Shown: positions 51,889-64,000 of the stretch, piece after piece
Position numbering within the stretch: the first letter of the stretch is position 1
Layout: each line of letters starts with the position of its first letter
DNA from: Nemertoderma westbladi
Taxonomy: Eukaryota > Animalia > Xenacoelomorpha
DNA: 64,000 nt
Direction of reading: 5' to 3'
Assembly: GCA_032718475.1 (NCBI GenBank)
Contig: JAUCBJ010002698.1
Span: 1,708-65,707 of the forward strand
Program-made: the position numbers and the translations under genes
Notes under the pieces: model-generated
Told to the model about the DNA's origin: nothing
Database searches by the model: none
Seen by the model: the letters and a program-made list of their open reading frames with translations, nothing else

Positions 51889-51978
51889 GTTAATTCGAAA
51901 TAAAATAAAATTTTGAAAAACCACGGCATTTAGAGAATATAATTCTATAAGCGTACTAATTACTAAGTATTCCAGAAT

Positions 51979-52538
51979 GCGCAATTCTAATTTATTACGC
52001 AACGGGTCACACTAGTAACAGCCTAAATACCGTATTATTTTTGACCTAATCAGTAATTAATTATCATAAACCAAGAAATAGAAATCAATCAGGGGGAAAA
52101 AGGGCGCCTATCTAAGTATTCATGAATTTATCAGGCACACTTTAACAACACACCAATCAGCATAACAATCAATAATTAATACTTACCAATTTATAGTTCC
52201 TAATATACAATTCACAATCAGCATTCAGCAATTCACGGTTCACAACTCGCAATCTAAAGTTCACAGTGCAGTTCGCAATGTAAAGCACGAAGGCCTCTCC
52301 CGGGTACATTCAGGCTTCCTAACTAACCCAATTCCTGTCCCCCTAACACTACAAAATAGAGACAAAATCTGGATCATCAGCCCCTTAATTACTGTACCAG
52401 CGAGCTGTCTTCTCTCTACACTGCCAACCTTCCAACCGCAACGGTGACCCCCTGCCAGCGTGCTGTCCTTTGAATCCTCCGCAATCCCTTCGTCGCTAAC
52501 CCCCCGATGCGCGCGCCGCGCCTACAGGTACCTTAGCC
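51979..52538 (+). repeat. Dispersed repeat X, copy 2 (internally deleted)
   Basis: Matches 29096-29321 plus 30385-30723. Confidence 0.85.
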
Positions 52539-53244
52539 CTCCATCTAATGGGTAGCTAACGTAACGGCGCATGCAATCATACAGTCTGATAGTCTAAACA
52601 AATCCCGTGGGATTATCGCATCGAAAAGAATTACATAGAACCATTAATTAAAGGGTAGAAATCATAGTTCCGATTGTAATTAGCAGTAATCATTGGGATT
52701 GAAGTGAGAAACACAGCAAGAAATCAGCAGAAATTACAAATTTGCAAATTATTGCAAGAAAACAAATGGAAATACAGAAATACATAAAAACTGAGATTGT
52801 GGATAAACTAAGAATGAATTACACACTAGATTGAAATGGAATTACCTAAATTACAATAGCACATACCAGAAATACCGCCAATTTATAGGTGATTCACGAA
52901 GGATGATGCAATAGTTCTCTGATTGGTTCCCAATCCGGTCTACCATTAGACCAACCTGGAAGCAGTTAGGCCAATAAGGAAGCCGGATTGTGAACCTATT
53001 GCTCCTTGGAATCACAAATCGTCACCATATATGGTAATTTTGGCGATGCTTAATTTAGCGGTACTAATAATGCGGTACATAAAAACTAATTTAGCGCAAA
53101 TATAAAGAAAATTAAAACCAATACACAGTTAATCCTATTGAGGAGGCTAATAACAGCAAGCTTATATCAAGGGTTTTATAGGAAACTTGCTACCGTGGAA
53201 CTATTTACTTATATTTAACTACAAAATTACCTAGGTAGGACTAC

Positions 53245-55468
53245 ATGAAGCTATGGACCTTTCAATACCCTAATGGAACCAAAGCACAACTGGATTACAT
53301 CCTTATAAACAAAAAGTGGAGAAATAGCATGATCAACTGCGAGGCATACAGCTCGTTCAACCTAATTGGTTCGGACCACAGAATTGTGACTGCAGAGATC
53401 AGACTCAGTTTGAGAGCCAGCAAACCCAGGACAAGCAAGCAAATCAACTATGACTGGGAGAAACTCAGAACTGACAATGCTGTAAAGCATTGTTCAAAAC
53501 CGCTTTGAAGCACTTCAGTCAATGGATGAAGATCAATCCACCGATTCAATATACCAGAATATAATAACAGCCCACAAGGAATCAGCTAAGAGGCATATCC
53601 CCCAGAAACCTAAACGAAAACAGTATGTGCCATGGCAAAACTCTGAGGTTATTTGTAAGAGAGAAGATCTTAAGATAGCCTACAAAGTTAAAACCGAACA
53701 ACCAACAACCAAAAACATTAACAAGGTTGAGAAAGCTAAGGACGATCTTAAATTGGCCTACAACATCAGCCAGGAAAAGTACATACAGGATAAAACTGAA
53801 GCAATTACAACTGCTCACATACAGCAACAATCAAGACTTACCTGGCAAACTGTAAATGAAGTATCTGGTCGGAAAAGTTGTGCAAAGGGGCGCCTCAAAG
53901 CCGATAGTCCTGAAGAACGTGTTGGGAAGTGGAAAAATCACTTCAGCAACTTGCTTGGGCAGCCACCAAACATCGAGGTCAGCCCTACAAGGAAAATATA
54001 TGACAAGACACTACCTATAGAAACAGGGGACTTCACACCTGCCGAACTCCAAAGAAGCATTAAAAGCATGTCCAATAATAAAGCGAGTGGATTAGATGAA
54101 ATCCCAGCAGAGGTATGGAAAACCGGAGTGCTAAATAGACCATTATTGAATGTTTGCAACCGGATGTTAAAAGGGGAAAAGCCACCACCAATTTGGACTA
54201 AAGGTCAACTAAAGCCTCTCCCCAAGAAAGGAGACCTCGGCATACCAACAAACTATCGTGGGATCTGTCTGCTTGTGGTAGCTGCCAAAATATACAATAA
54301 AATGATTCAATATAGGATTAGGCCTCACATAGAGAAACTACTGCGTAAGAGCCAAAACGGATTTCGACCAAGTAGATTAACAATAGCTCAGATACTTGCA
54401 CTACGGAGACTGATTGAAGGAATTAAGTCAAAGAATCTCCCCACAGTCATGACTTTTGTGGACTTCAAGAAGGCATTCGACTCCATCCATAGAGGTAAAA
54501 TGCTTGAAATCCTAAGAGCTTATGGAATACCAGAAGTAATTGTTGCTGGCATTGGATTGTTATATTGTGACACAGAAGCGCAGATACTCTCACCAGATGG
54601 TGAAACTGAGTTTTTCTCAATCCTGGCTGGCGTACTGCAAGGTGACACATTAGCACCATTACTATTTGTAATTGTGCTGGATTACGCAATGAGGACGGCC
54701 ACAAAGGGTGAAGATCTGGGATTCACACTTCAAGAATGCAGAAGTAGTAGATATCCGGCAACTACAGTCACAGACACCGACTTTGCGGATGACATCGCCC
54801 TGCTCTCTAATACGCTAGCAGATGCACAGCTTCTACTAAATAAAGTGGAGAGGGCTGCTAAGGAGGTTGGATTGCATATAAATGCTACCAAGAGCGAATT
54901 CATGACCTTTAATGTTGATGGAAACTTGACAACCATTGATAATAATCAACTAAGGAAGGTCGATGACTTCCAGTACCTTGGATCATGGATAGAGAGTAGC
55001 AAAAAGGACATAGAAGTTAGGAAAGCAAAGGCTTGGGTAGCTCTATCAAAAATGGATACCATCTGGAAATCAGATCTCTCCAGGCACCTGAAGACTAAGT
55101 TCCTTCGAGCCACAGTGGAAAGTGTATTTTTATACGGGGGTGACTACTAAGGGCAGCCCTAAACATCAGCTGGTGACAACACATGACAAACGCCAAACTT
55201 TATGGTACAATACCACCTGTATCAACCACCCTCCGTGAACGCAGATTAAGATTCAGTGGGCACTGCTGGCGAAGTAAAGACGAGATCATACCGGATCTAC
55301 TTCTGGCAACCAACTCATGGAAAGCGTAGTCATGGACGACCTGCCATAACATATATAGATTAACTTGAAAAGGATACTGAACTTGGGAGAAACGAAATTG
55401 CGACAACTATGGAGAATCGGGAAGCCTGGAAGGATCTCATTTCCACTGTCCGAGTTCGTTCGGACTAC
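53245..55468 (+). mobile_element. RTE-clade LINE family B, 5'-truncated and frameshifted
   Basis: QLDYIL, SDHRIV (end of APE); QNGFRP, FVDFKKAFDS, QGDTLAP, DFADD, FQYLGS. Homologous to family A at protein level but distinct at DNA level. Confidence 0.92.
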
Positions 55469-55608
55469 ATACTGTATAAAATGGATAAATTCAAAAATAT
55501 GGGCGTTTTGCTTTCCTTATCTAAATATCATTGCGCGTCTTTATGGCTTATCTAATAATTATACTGTATGACGGCTAATATAGGTACACAGTGCCATATA
55601 TCGTAACA

Positions 55609-57558
55609 GTACATGTCTACTATGATGGGATAGATGAGCTTTAAACACTCAGGTATTTTAAAGACCTCAGGAGGAACACCATCTACTCCACTGGCACGAT
55701 TGGTCTTAATGCTCTTTGCAGCAGCCTTCACTTCTGCAAAGGAGATATCGCCAATGGCAACATCTGGGAGTACAGACTCAGACACTTTTACTTCTATAAA
55801 GGTATCAGGCAATACCCTGTCATTATTGAGGAGCTTTTCAAAGTGGGCCTTCCAACCATTAAGGCGATCGGCTGGTGATTCAGCCTTAACCTTGGTGGTT
55901 GGTTGGCTTTTCCACCCAGTAAGCAAGTTTATCGATTTCCATGCCTGGGATGATTGCCTGCTGTCGTCAGCATCATTGATGGCATCAACCTGTTGGTTTA
56001 TTAGCTCCTGTAGATTAACAGAGTACTGCCTGTTCAGGGACCTAGATGCAGCCTTAACTGCATTCTTGGCTGCTGTAGTCTGTTTGAGTCGGGACTCTTT
56101 CTGCGCCTTATATAGGTCATTTCGGCACTTCTGGATTTTGTTGTCAGTCCAGGGGGCCCTTTTCCTGTTTCGAGGGTATACATGAACTGTTTTTGCAGCT
56201 GCTAACTTAACTGCTTCTGTGAAGGCAGTATAGCCCTCACAGTGATCTGCCGCCTCAGAGGCAAGAACCTCATACCTGTTTCTCAGCTGTAGAGTGAAGC
56301 TGGAACTCACACTTGGCTGTTGCAACAGAGAGGACCAGTCATGCCGCGGCAAGGCAGATTTCATTGTTCTGCTAGCACGCAGACTAAGTCTTAACTTGGC
56401 CACAATAAGGCGGTGATCACTGGAGAAGGGTCGAAGTGTAAATGCATTACAGTCTTGTATAGAGCTCCTGTACTTCCTACGAAACAGAATATGGTCTATC
56501 TGGGATGTGTGACCACTGGGTCCACTATGAGTCCATAGCTTTCCAGTTCGCTTCTTGAACTGGGTTCCAGCCGAAAACAATCCATTTCCAGAGATAAAAT
56601 CCTGAAGATGGACGGCGAGGGCGAGTCGCCAACCGCCCCCCATGTCCTTAATCAGAACCTCATCAGTCTGTCCAGTCTGTATTCGGTGCTCTTGAACACC
56701 CACTGCGCTAAGAGAAAGCTTAACTGCCAAGGCAGTCAGCTCACCTTGTCGCATTGGGGACCCGAGTGTTAGGGTAGTAGTCTAGTGACTTGCCTCAGAT
56801 TCACTAATGGCTTTGTTGGTCGAGGTGGAACATGAGAGTAGCCCCCAACTCCAGAATCCCTCTCCCCCTCACAATCTGGCCTCCCTAGTGACCCGGGGTT
56901 TGGGCCAGAAAGGTCATCAGGAAAGGGACTCAAAGAATTGTTGGCTTCTCTCTATCCAGTAGGGGGTGAGACAAGCAGCCGGTCAGGAGATAACTGATGC
57001 CTGTGAGGCCGATTGTGTCCGGTAATTCCACTGGCCTCTAGTGGCTGGACCTCCGCATTACTAATGTAATCCATAGTGGGGGGTTGGGGGGTGCTTTTTT
57101 GCCGAGTCAGCTCTCGGGGCAAATACCACATCCTGGTTTGCCGTTCCACAGGGTGGGTGTCGCAGTGGAGTCAGATATGAGGCCCATCACCCATATCTAC
57201 TCTGGCGCACGTGACCCACCATTGGCTGTGCACCTCATCTGCTGGGTCATGCCCTGTACCCCTGCTGCCAGGTGCAGGTCGCAGTGAAGTGCACTCAGAT
57301 TGAACATGAGAACACTCTACTCCTGACCAGCCATTGGTAGATCACCATCTGCCCGGCCAGGCCATATACCCCTGCAACCAAGTATATGGGTCCTTAATCC
57401 AGGACCAACGGCGTCCTTATCCCAGAACGAAGGGGGTCCTAGTTACAGGACCAGATTTGCCCTAGTAAGAGGGTCTATGCAGCTACAGGTGGCACCTCCT
57501 TTATGCTGCATGGAGGTGGCAAGTTATCTTGATCAATGACCTAGAATACCTGACCTGA
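55609..57558 (-). mobile_element. RTE family A: 5' half (5' UTR, APE endonuclease, linker) with internal deletions
   Basis: GVQEHR, WTH, QIDHIL, SDHRL. Near-identical to 40241-41065 and to 19812-20652. Confidence 0.93.
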
Positions 57559-57869
57559 ACTTAAATTGATAATCGGCAACTTGTTAGAGGTGATGCATTG
57601 CGTTATGAAATTCCAAAATTTCAAGAAATAATTTAAATGAAATTAATTTACTGACTAATATGGTGGAAAGAAGAAATACGATTATTTCATTTTCCAATAA
57701 AAACATGCTGCTTATTGTAGTAACAGGACTTAATAGGCGGGAGATTCAAACTGATTTATCCTATCTTTTGTATCTACAGAACTATATATAATATATATAA
57801 TAATCCTATAACTGTTATAATGATTGTAATATATATCTGATATCGAACAGACGTTATTATTATATCACG

Positions 57870-57887
57870 TGGTGTCAGAAGTGGGAT
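57870..57887 (+). promoter_or_regulatory. Primer-binding site complementary to the tRNA-Leu 3' end
   Basis: TGGTGTCAGAAGTGGGAT immediately after the 5' LTR. Confidence 0.9.
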
Positions 57888-57916
57888 CTACTGTTTAAAA
57901 AAAAAGCGGAAGAAAT

Positions 57917-60900
57917 ATGTCCGCTAGTGGAATCAAACAACTCGTGAAAACTCGAGGAGTATACCGGACCCAGATAACGAGAATAGGGAATAAACTGAGA
58001 ATTCTCCTTAATGATCCGAACACATCAGTTCAGGCATTACAAAATCTGCAGGGGACTTTAAGTGACTGGTCGCGGAAGGAAGATGAAGCATCCGTATCTA
58101 TCCAAACATTGTTGGATGAAGGAACACCAGAACTTGAAGAAGAAATTGATACTTCCAATCACCGAATGGATGAACGTGAAAATCTATTCAGTTCAGTTTA
58201 TGAGGGGATTGCCTGCCGGATGAAGTTGGAAGAGATAAGTGGAGCAACGGATGTTAAACGCGATAAATCGAAATGTACCGGTACCCCTATGAAGGCTGAA
58301 AAAATCCCTGCACCAGAAAAATTATCAGTAGACCATACATACAAGGAATTTGTAACATGGCGTGAGAAATGGTCGGATTACTCCCGGCTGAGTGGCATAG
58401 CAACAAAATGTGAAGACGACCAAAAGGCTTATTTCCGGGCTGTCTGTTCATCAGATTTTATTATTAGAATCGAACATGTACTTGGTATTAAATCCAATTC
58501 TACACATTTTCTTGAGTTTATCTTAGATAAAATAGAGGCGCATCTAAAAGAAGAACGGAATGTGTTGCTGGCACGACATAGTGTAGTGAGAATGTGTAAA
58601 TCAGAAAAAGAAACATTTGACCAATATTGGATTCGGCTCAGAGAAAAAGCAATAGATGCAGATCTCCAGGAAATGACAATTGATGACTGGCACATAACAT
58701 TGATTGTCCTGCAACACGATGATAATGAAATCAGAGAAGAAATAATGTCAAAAAAACCCGCCTTAAGCCTAACTGAAACACTAGAATTCTGTAGACTTAA
58801 AGAAGCAGCGAAAATAAAAAATAAGGCAATTACGAGTATTTCAGAATCGCAAATAAATGCAGTCAGCCGTGGTGGACGTTGGAATGGTTCACATGGCCGT
58901 CCATTTCATGCACCATTTCGCCAGGGGGGGCGTTCTAGCTCACGTGAGAGTCCCAGAAATAAAGAATGTTGGTATTGTGGCAGAGACTTCCCTCATACCA
59001 CCATGAAATGTGAAGCTGTTAACCATATCTGTTCTATTTGTCAGAGAAGAGGTCATCTAGAGTTAAAATGTTGGAAGAGCGATTCCAGAAGAAATTTTAC
59101 CAGCAATGCAGTATTTATTGATTCTTTAAACCTAAGGTTAGTAAGTAGTAGCTCAACACAAAGTAAATTAGTTGTGAGATTACTTGATGACGAAGGTTTT
59201 TGTGGTGATGTACATGCTATTGCTGATACAGGTGCTGAAGCAACTGTTGGAGGAATGCGTCTTGCTACAGACCTATGTATAGAGGACAAAAGTTCTAGCA
59301 CAGGGAATATCCTTAGGGGTATTAATGGACATAAACTGGTAGTTAGCTTTGTATGTTCTCTGACAATACAGTTAGAACAGAATGGTCGGGAAGTAAAAGA
59401 AAACATATATTTTTCACCTGATATCCCAGATAAGAATCTTTATTTATCCTTAAACGCTTGTAAAGAACTTAATATTGTTCACGATGATTTCCCACTGCCT
59501 CTACCACTTCCCTCTTTTGAAGAGTATCAACAAATATCTGTAGTACATGAGGCAGCTGTTAATGATGAAATAAAATGTTTTTATCCAAGAGACCCAACTT
59601 TAGAACAAATAAAAACGATTGAAATGCAGCTAATTGAAGAATTCAAAGATGTTTTTGGGGAAAGTATCCTTAGTGCTGATAAATTAGATAAAACCCTTCA
59701 AGAGATGAACTGTGAGCCCATGGTAATAGATCTTAAACCTGATGCTAAGCCGTTTGCTATATACAATGCAAGAAAAATTCCATTCGCATACCGCGAAGAG
59801 ACTAAGAACCTCTTGGATAGTCTTGAAAAGTCTAAGGTCATAGAACAAGTAGTAAACCGACCAAAAGAATTGGCCCACCCAATAGTTATAGTCCCTAAGT
59901 CTAATGGCAAGCTCAGGTTGACAGTGGATTATACGCGATTAAATTCCGAGGTACAACGGGTTGTATATCCATTCCCAACTGCGCGAGATGCCATTAATAA
60001 TATAGACCCAAATTCAAAGTGGTTTACATCCTTGGATGCAGTAAATGGATACTTCCAAATGCCCCTCGCTGAAAATTCAAGGGACCTGACATGTTTCTTA
60101 ACTTCTTGGGGTCGATATAGATTCCTTAGAAGTCCAATGGGCTTCATATCAACTGGTGATCATTATTGTCATCGGGGCGATCAAGCAATCGCTGGTATCT
60201 CCAGAGTAAACAAAGTAGTGGATGACATCCTTATAGATGATGATTCCTTTAGAGAACATATTCAGAGAGTAAGAACAGTTCTCATTCGTTGCAGGGAATT
60301 CGGAATTACTATCAGCCGAGAGAAATTCAAATTCGCAAAAGAAGAAATAAAATTTGTAGGTTTCGTCCTTAGAAAGGGAACAAATGAGGCAGACCCTAAG
60401 AAACTAAGGGCAATTAGGGAATTCCCTCCCCCTCAAACTCGCAAAGACCTTCGTTCATTTATGGGGATGGCACAGCAGATAGCTTCATTTACATCAAAGC
60501 TAAGTGATGCTTCAGCTCCACTGCGTGATAATCTTAAAACAAAGAATGAATTATCTTGGACTAAGTACCATAGTGATGCCTTTGAGGAAGTTAAACATAT
60601 ATTGTTGACCCCACCTGTGTTAGCCATGTATGATCCTTGTCTTAAGACAAGACTTGAAGTGGATGCATCCCGCAAAAACGGCTTGTGCTTTAACTTACTT
60701 CAGAAACATGGAGATGTATATAAACTTGTAGACTGTGGATCACGTTTCTTATCTGATCCAGAGTCCCGTTGGCCAATGATAGAACTGGAAAGCCTCGCGA
60801 TTTTCTGGGCAATTAGAAAGCTCCGGATATACCTGTCTGGTATAGAGTTCAATGTTGTTACGGATCACCGCCCTCTCATTCCAATTTATAATAGTCAATC

Positions 60901-62371
60901 TCTTAGTGATATAGAGAATGTCAAAGTACAAAGACACCGCATGGCATTACAAGATTATATATTTCAGTTGACATGGCTAAATGGTAAAGAAAATTGCATT
61001 GCCGACTGTTTATCGCGTTCTCCTGTAGAAGATCATGAGCCTATAGATTGGGAAGTAGTATGTGCTGTTCAGGCTGTGACTAAAGTGGCTGTTACCGAGT
61101 TCAACAGCAATGTTGATCATATAGAAACAGGATATAATGATATCCTGCTCCATGAAATCCGTGAAGCTGCAAGAAGAGATAATGATTATTAAAAACTTGT
61201 TCAAGCAGTGGCCAATGGAATTAATGATAATGAACAAGATAACTACTTTAGGTCTTTCAAAGGTATTAAAAATGAATTAACTCTGGATGATGATATCATA
61301 CTGTTTGGGAAGAGAATTGTAATCCCACATTCATTGCAAAAGAAAATACTAGATCGCCTACATGGGGCACACTTGGGTGAATCTAGGACCATCAATCGAG
61401 CACGGGAAACCATATATTGGCCATCCATAACTAATGAGATTCGCCAGCGTGTTCGTTCCTGTAAATTATGTCAAGAAAGACTGCCATCACATCAACGTGA
61501 AACATTAATTCAAGACAAGTTACCCTCCTTTCCTTTTAAAGTAGCTACAACAGACTTATTCGCATTGCATGGGAGGAAATATTTGATATATGTATGCAGA
61601 CTGACAGGTTATCCTTTTATTACTGACTGGGCCACAGACCCTAATACAGATAAAGTGAAAAGACAACTTTTAGAGTGGTTCGCAATCACTGGGATTCCAA
61701 AGACTTTGCGATCAGATGGGGGGCCACAGTATTCATCCTTAGAATTTGCAAATTTTCTGGATCAGTATGGTGTAGAATGGCGTCCATCATCTCCTAAAAA
61801 TCCCAGAAGCAATGGACATGCTGAAGCCATGGTTAAAGTTCTAAAGGGACTACTGGACAAAGTAGATGCAAAGCTTGAATCGATTGAGTTCCAGACGGCT
61901 CTGATGGAGTTGAGAAATACCCCTAACAACAGTAACATGAGTCCTGCTACCATGTTTCATGGCTATCACCAGCGAACCTTAATCCCAATACACCCACTGG
62001 CTGTTCAGGCAGGGATTCCCCAAGAAGCTCGAAAGAGTTTAGAAGAACATGCAAAGAAACAAAAATTATATCATGATAAATACGCCCACGATCTCCCCAT
62101 GTTTCTCTTGGGTGAACATGTTAGAATTCAAGACATGCGTTCAGGAAGATGGATCCGCCAGGGAATAATCTCAAAGGCATTTCCCAGACAGAGGAGATAC
62201 AGAATAAACTTAAAGGATGGAGCTGTTCTGTGGAGAAACAGGAAGTTCATTCGTCTTGATTATGCTGTTAACGACACGGCTGTAGTCATAAACCATGATG
62301 TTACCAATAATCCTCGTCGTGGCCCTCAAAGATCTTGCAACAATAAAAAACTGGTTAGATTCACTGTCTGA
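57917..62371 (+). CDS. Gypsy gag-pol polyprotein with one in-frame TAA (61190-61192)
   Basis: Two CCHC knuckles; protease ADTGA; RT LDAVNGYFQ, PMG, VVDD; RNase H VDAS, ELE, TDHRPL; integrase HHCC, TDLF, SDGGPQ, GHAE. Both ORFs are in the same frame. Confidence 0.93.
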
Positions 62372-62930
62372 GTAGAGAACTCTAGTAAAGGGGGGAATGA
62401 AAGATAAAGGGGAGATGTAGTAACAGGACTTAATAGGCGGGAGATTCAAACTGATTTATCCTATCTTTTGTATCTACAGAACTATATATAATATATATAA
62501 TAATCCTATAACTGTTATAATGATTGTAATATATATCTGATATCGAACAGACGTTATTATTATATCACACTTATTGGACAAACACAGTGAACTGCAAAAG
62601 TAAACTGCGTTGTTGACAGGGGAATCGGGAAAATAATACCATGGCAACGATTCAGGAAACAATAAAGTAACGGCGAAAGGGATAGAATAAAGTTTAGAAA
62701 AACTCTTTAGAATCTTTGGAATAACTAGAATAACTGAGATATAAACTGACTCTTTAGAACTTTAGAATAACTGAGATATAAACTGACCATGGCCAATAAA
62801 GCAAGCAAACAGCCGGCCGAAGCCGGTGGCGGCCCCAGACTTTTCGATAGCTGCTACCCGAAGGTAGGCGCTACTTCTAGTATGACAAGTTTTGCTCCCT
62901 AAATTCAATTTTTCCTCATTTTATCGACCC

Positions 62931-63005
62931 TGGTGGACCCTAGCCGGACTCGAACTTACAACCAATAGATTGCAGTCCCGGTGTTCATCCGATTGATTTA
63001 GACCC
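62931..63005 (-). other. Degenerate tRNA-like sequence (probable SINE head)
   Basis: Minus strand GGGTCTAAATCAATCGGATG...AGTTCGAGTCC...CCACCA. B box is clear; A box and stems are degenerate. Confidence 0.35.
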
Positions 63006-63517
63006 GCCGTTAATTAGTTCTAGTTTATATTCGCCGTAGCTGCTGTGTAGCAGTAAATTTGGACAGTTAGTACTATAAAGTAAATTTTTAACGTAGTAAT
63101 ATAATTATATTTTATAGTAGAATGTAGTAGAAGCACAATAAATAATGAGTATTATGACATGAGTGAGAAATGTATGAGATACTGTTGCGAGTTAATGATG
63201 TCACGTGATGATTGGAACGATTAATTAACCTTATCGTGAAAATAATGTTGAAAAAAGTTGTATGTTTTTATTCGTTTTTGTACTAGAAACACTGCATGCA
63301 GAGTAACATAACAAAGTAACATTGTCTATACCGACACATATAAACAAACCACTACAATGTTGCTCAGCATGGGTACAATGAAACCATGGAAATTTATTTT
63401 CCTGCGATTGGTGACTTTCTTCCTTAAATTACATGAAACATTATATTATGGGAAATAATTAAACCTGCTTGCTAACGCTCATGTACGTCGCCTGTACTGC
63501 TTAAACAATAGTGTTTG

Positions 63518-63700
63518 TTGGCGCAGGTTCGAATCCGACTAAAGGTTGTAGAAAAACCTTGTGTCCCTAGGCAAGACACTTTAGACGTTAGTGCTGCGCC
63601 AACCCAGCGGTATATTGAGATCCGATGGGGTAATGATTATAAAAGCGATTCGAGTACGCTGAGCGTAGAAAAGCGCAATATAAATAATCAATATTATTAT
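63518..63700 (+). mobile_element. CORE-like tRNA-derived SINE (same family as 13036-13197)
   Basis: B box GGTTCGAATCC, then TGTGTCCCTAGGCAAGACACTT and AAGCGCAATATAAAT...(ATT)n. Confidence 0.8.
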
Positions 63701-64000
63701 TACAGTATTATTATTTGTAAAAATATTACTTTTATTATTTTAGAGATAATGCGGATTTACAGAGCACAAAAAAAATTTACTTCTTTCTTAATTAAAAAGA
63801 TCAGATTTTAGATAACGTAACAATTTCCGGTAACAAATTTATTTCAAATTATCGATGTTTATTCTTTATTGTAGTTGCTGGTGCTTGAAATCCAAACTAC
63901 CTGAACCAGGGGTAGATGGGGGGGGGGGGGGGGGGGGGGTACTGAAATCCTATACGTCTCCCACGTAATCCTAAAAAATTAAATCATATAAATCTTATAT

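Larger units (their letters stand above)
30750..51950 (-). mobile_element. BEL/Pao retrotransposon 2, fragmented by three nested insertions and truncated at both ends
   Basis: Collinear minus-strand pieces: putative 5' LTR (>49553), 2.8-kb leader, gag 46735-43200, protease ~43100, RT 41913-41063, RNase H 38794-37680, integrase zinc finger 36182-35706, integrase core 31408-30750. Confidence 0.9.
57716..62569 (+). mobile_element. Full-length Ty3/gypsy LTR retrotransposon (Mag-like clade)
   Basis: 154-bp LTRs at 57716-57869 and 62416-62569, identical by eye except the last base. TSD CTTAT. PBS TGGTGTCAGAAGTGGGAT. PPT AAAGGGGAGA. Single gag-pol frame. Confidence 0.97.

Noticed and set aside
63918-63939. 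Poly-G run (and poly-C at 664-678)
   Set aside because: Simple homopolymers of uncertain length with no supporting context.

Overview
Eukaryotic (probably invertebrate metazoan) heterochromatin-like DNA made almost entirely of nested transposable elements and simple repeats. No host gene is recognisable. Left to right: a tRNA-derived SINE; an internally deleted Maverick/Polinton (2104-7788) holding a 3.4-kb (TACAA)n array and a RING-finger ORF; a 1.5-kb (GGAA)n array; BEL/Pao element 1 (pol 11.1-14.6 kb) followed by a decayed ~730-aa orphan gene; an L2 LINE with an in-frame 30-bp minisatellite; several RTE LINE pieces; a THAP transposase fragment; minus-strand BEL/Pao element 2 (30.7-52 kb) interrupted by a pol-less LTR element, a third BEL fragment and an RTE; and a young, almost intact Mag-type Ty3/gypsy element (57716-62569). 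Main leads: (1) two related BEL/Pao elements have long sense-strand ORFs where U3 of the LTR should be; (2) one of these ORFs is homologous (triple zinc knuckle plus an F-x-E-W...R...GF block) to the only gene of the pol-less LTR element; (3) that element has no tRNA primer site but has an LTR-complementary stem with Tf1-like self-priming geometry. All calls come from reading the sequence by eye. No alignments or database searches were run, so novelty is untested.
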